Below, piece after piece: positions 60,389 through 64,000 of a stretch of 64,000 bases of DNA. Numbering within the stretch: position 1 is the first letter of the stretch; each line of letters begins with the position of its first letter. The notes beneath the pieces were generated by a model. The model saw only the letters and a program-made list of their open reading frames with translations. It had not been told where the DNA came from and did not search any database. The stretch is from the NCBI RefSeq assembly GCF_902713615.1, contig NC_052171.1:2728001-2792000 (forward strand). The letters are read 5' to 3'. This DNA comes from Scyliorhinus canicula (lineage: Eukaryota). A program made the position numbers and the translations under genes.

Positions 60389-60569
60389 TCAGCCTGAAAG
60401 ATTTCTGGCAGTAGGTTTGAAGAATAAGAGGGGTTATTCACCATATTTAATCCTCAACCATATTTAATCCTCCACCAACATCAGTAAAATACAGATTATT
60501 TTTCCTTGTCGTGTTCCTGTTTGAGGGAGGTTGATATGCGCAAATTGGCGTCTGTATTTCTGACATTAT

Positions 60570-60692
60570 GAAATGAAAATGAAATGAAATGAAAATCGCT
60601 TATTGTCACGAGTAGGCTTCAATGAAGTTACTGTGAAAAGCCCCTAGTCGCCACATTGCGGCGCCTGTCCGGGGAGGCTGGTACGGGAACAG
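60570..60692 (-). mobile_element. 5'-truncated family-2 SINE with (ATTTC)n tail, about 110 bp before the last POLM exon
   Basis: Reverse complement of the 3' two-thirds of 32923-33121. Confidence 0.82.
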
Positions 60693-60755
60693 CAACCGCA
60701 CTACCATTGTACTTCGTTGGCCCTGAAGTGTTTTGGGACATCTCTGAGGTTGTGA

Positions 60756-60887
<132 letters not shown>

Positions 60888-61088
60888 TCTGCTGAAGTCA
60901 AGATGCAGGAGCATAGAGAATGAACAATGATGACACCTCAAGGTTTACCTTCTTGACAAATATCTGGACATTTGTCCCCTGATGTCCAAGAAAACTCTGG
61001 CCATTTCCCCCATGTTTGGTACTCTGACTTGCATGCATCTCCTGTCCGGTCGGTGCATTTGTAGAATTGGTAAGTTATTTGTTAATGG

Positions 61089-61094
61089 ATTAAA
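61089..61094 (+). terminator. Candidate POLM polyadenylation signal (ATTAAA)
   Basis: ATTAAA about 200 nt after the stop codon, followed by T-rich sequence; no transcript evidence. Confidence 0.4.
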
Positions 61095-61267
61095 TATTAA
61101 TTTGTTTAGCATTTTTTGACATTTCTATACAAAATTACACGTGGACATGTGCATCATTGTCTTTGCCATTGCACTCTCTCCTCTGAATCAGAAGCTTTTG
61201 ACTTCACGTCCCACTCAAAGACTTCAGGCACAGAATCTTAACTGAAGCCAAGGGAGTTCTACATTTT

Positions 61268-61665
61268 TAAAATGGAATCACTACAGTGCAGAAGGACACC
61301 GCTCGGCATCGTGAGTCTGCATCGATCCTCTGAAAGATCACTCTGTTTAGCATTTGGACACTGAGGGACAATTTAGCATGGCCAATCCACCTCGTGTGCA
61401 CATCTTCGGACTGGGCTACGGGGATAGGATGGAGGTGTGGGCTGAGGCAGGGTGCTCTTTCCAAGGGCAAACTTCACAGGCCGATTGGCCTTCTGCGCTG
61501 TAAATTCTATGATTCCATGACTGTGGGAGGATCCGGAGCACCCTGAAGAAACCCTCGCAGATACTGGGAGAATGTGCAAACTCCACACAGTCACCCAAGG
61601 TCGGAATTGAATCTTGGGTCCCTGGTGCTGTGAGGCAGCAGTGCTAACCTCTGTGCCACCGTTGA
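61268..61665 (-). mobile_element. HE1-like SINE with an opposite-strand SINE tail inserted at about 61410-61515
   Basis: Host core GGACTGTGGGAGG interrupted by a plus-strand tail ending GTAAATTCTATGA. Confidence 0.65.
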
Positions 61666-62538
61666 TGGTGCCAATTTGTCTCATGAGACTTGAAGCTGAG
61701 GGACCACTTGCCCCCAGATCGATGTCACAGATGTCTAACTGTAGTTTGAAAAAGAGCACCGTGGTTCTTCCTGGTGTCCTGGTAAATCTTTATCTGAAAT
61801 CAACATCACCGAATACATTTATTGCTTGTTATGGAATTTTGCTGTGTGCCACAGTTCCTATCTTACGACAGTGAAGATACTCATTGGTTGTAAAGCACTT
61901 CAAAATGTCCTTCATTCACAAATGGTGCGGTATTAATGGAAGTTCTTCCAAGTACAGTCTTGCTTTAAATATTCTCGTATCTTTCTCTCCACTTTTTCTT
62001 TGCCATTTGTCTCTTCCCTTCCTTCCAGATGTCTTTAGTTACCTCCTTAGGTGGCACAAAAATTATTTCTATATTCTATATTTATTGATTGTTTTTGATG
62101 CTTTAAACTTCAGAGTTTTACTTTGCGCGTGTTTTAAAGAGTATGCATGTGTAATGTTATAGAATATACAAATACAATGATATGTACAGCAGGAGCAAAA
62201 TCCAATTTGGTTGCAAATGGATTATTGCTGATGATCAATGTGTGATTGTGTTTATTTTTGGCTGCTAAAATTGTTGTCTGTAATTTTTTGGAGTTAAGAA
62301 ATCTCCGTACGGTCAGCACAAATAGTATCTCCGCTGCTGAGTTAAGAAAGGAAAAATTGGGAAGACTTTCCTTCTCATGATCACACTTCAGTGTGCCTTT
62401 TTCTCACACCCACCTGTGGTATCTTTCGTGGGTAAAGAAATTGCTAACTATTGCTCTTGCACGAACAATGCAACGAATATTGCATGAGCAGTAATTCACT
62501 GATGCCTCTGGAATTATGCCCCAGGAATGTTCTGCCTT

Positions 62539-63375
62539 TTAAAAAAAAAAATGTAGTTCATTCCAAACATGTACAAACAAGAACATAACAAATACAGCAA
62601 CGGAATCAACAACTGACAGTTTTATCCCGCTTTACTCCTTAACTCATGAACAATCCCCACCATGCTTCGAATCCCTCCTCGGATCCCCTCAGCTCATATT
62701 TGATATTTTCCAAACGTAGAAAATCATACAAGTCCCAAGCCAGGCTGTCACTCCTGGTGCGTGTCTGCATTCCAATTTTACGAAATCCTCTGCCGGGCAA
62801 TTAGAGAAGCAAAAGCCATAACGTTGGCTTTTTTCCCCTCCATCAGCTCCGGCAACTCCGAGACCCCAAAGATTGCCACCACTGGGTCTCGCATTCACCC
62901 TAAGCATAGCCTTGCACCATAGAACAAATCTAATTCCTCTCCCAGCTCATCCTCCTACTTATACTTAATCCTCATCACTTGCGTCCTCCCTCGCTCCCCA
63001 AGTAACCCGGAAATGTCCCCAATCTTGCCCTTTCTAGACTAGTCTGGAAGTAGCAATTTCTCCAGCAGAGTATACCCTGGCAACATGGGAAACACCGTCC
63101 ACTCCTTTCTTACGAACCTGCATGTATCTAAACTCACTCCCTCTTGGCAGCTCGAACCTTCCCTGTAGCTCATCTAAACCTTCAAATTGCCCTTCCAAAT
63201 ACAGGTCCCTCATCTTTTTCAGCTCCACCTCCATTCACCTTTTATACATGTTATCTATCCCCCCCAGCTTAAACCTAAGGTTCCCATGGTGTCAACACCG
63301 ACATCCCCTCAGTGCCTCCTCAGTTGGTTCCATACCTTGACTGTCGATTGCACCACCGGACTCTCTGAGTACTTG
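62539..63375 (-). mobile_element. 5'-truncated L1/Tx1-type LINE with decayed 15-bp TSD
   Basis: ORF2 C-terminal remnants and 3' UTR; GGAATGTTCTGCCTT (62524-38) vs GGAAGGTTATGCCTT (63376-90), 13/15. Confidence 0.78.
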
Positions 63376-64000
63376 GGAAGGTTATGCCTTGAGGACACAA
63401 GGAGAAAAAAATGGAAATAGGAAACAAAAGACACTCCTGAAATATGGAAGTTCTTGGAAGCCCCGTAAATTTTACAAGACTACTATTGCAAATATTCATA
63501 TCTATTGTTTGAAGAAAGGACAGTTTAATATTTGAAGCTACTTTGACATAAATACATACAAAAAGTCAGTATGACTCATGAAATGATGGGGTACACTCAT
63601 AGGGTGCATCAAATAATTCCTGACCCAATCATTCACTATATGCTTAGCTGGAGCAAACGCTAGTGCATTATGGAATGTTATATTTAGTTTTGGGATAAAG
63701 CTATTTTCATGGCACGTCATTATACCTGATTGATAACCACTGTCACCAATACCCTTTTTATGACTTCATTCAATGTCTGCACAAAATTTCAATCTTCATT
63801 CAGTTTCACAATAATTTAATATGCAATTTGCAAAACAAATGCACCTTGGAAACAATTACGATCAATGTAGCGGAAGGTCAGCACAAATAGCACATCCTCC
63901 CTGTGAATATAAGACCTGATCATGTTCTCAGTATGTCTATATATGCACACTGTTGATGGAGGTTATTGTTCAATAAGAAATGAGCAATCTGGTTGATTTA

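Noticed and set aside
62311-63890. Exact 15-bp direct repeat GGTCAGCACAAATAG at 62311 and 63876
   Set aside because: It does not abut any element boundary, and a few 15-mer matches are expected by chance in 64 kb.
62050-64000. 3' UTR of a convergent downstream gene
   Set aside because: AT-rich sequence with minus-strand AATAAA motifs, but no coding exon in the window supports it.

Overview
Vertebrate genomic DNA, very probably an elasmobranch (shark). This is inferred from HE1-like tRNA SINEs, HER1/CR1-like LINEs and GC-rich Harbinger MITEs. The window holds one complete 11-exon gene on the + strand, DNA polymerase mu (POLM; CDS 14463-60887, 1572 nt, 523 aa, all introns GT-AG, frame continuous). 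It also holds the first coding exon of a divergently transcribed GNS-type sulfatase (9308-9421, - strand). Most of the rest is nested mobile DNA: L1/Tx1-type and CR1-type LINEs, Gypsy/Gmr1 fragments, solo LTRs with 5-bp TSDs, Harbinger elements and several SINE families. Five observations stand out. (1) The Pol mu carries TdT-type residues at specificity positions (Lys at the human Arg387 position, GWTGSR) and a loop about 30 aa longer. (2) A near-intact CR1 LINE has a 5' end made of identical 282-bp TATA-containing monomers and starts where such a TATA would initiate. (3) A tRNA-SINE is embedded in that LINE's 3' UTR. (4) An ORF1-only L1-like element is bounded by a perfect 15-bp TSD. (5) A local, microhomology-flanked templated duplication sits inside a Gypsy gag. 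All of this was read by eye, with no database search or alignment. Exon, TSD and tandem-repeat coordinates were counted base by base; other TE boundaries are approximate.
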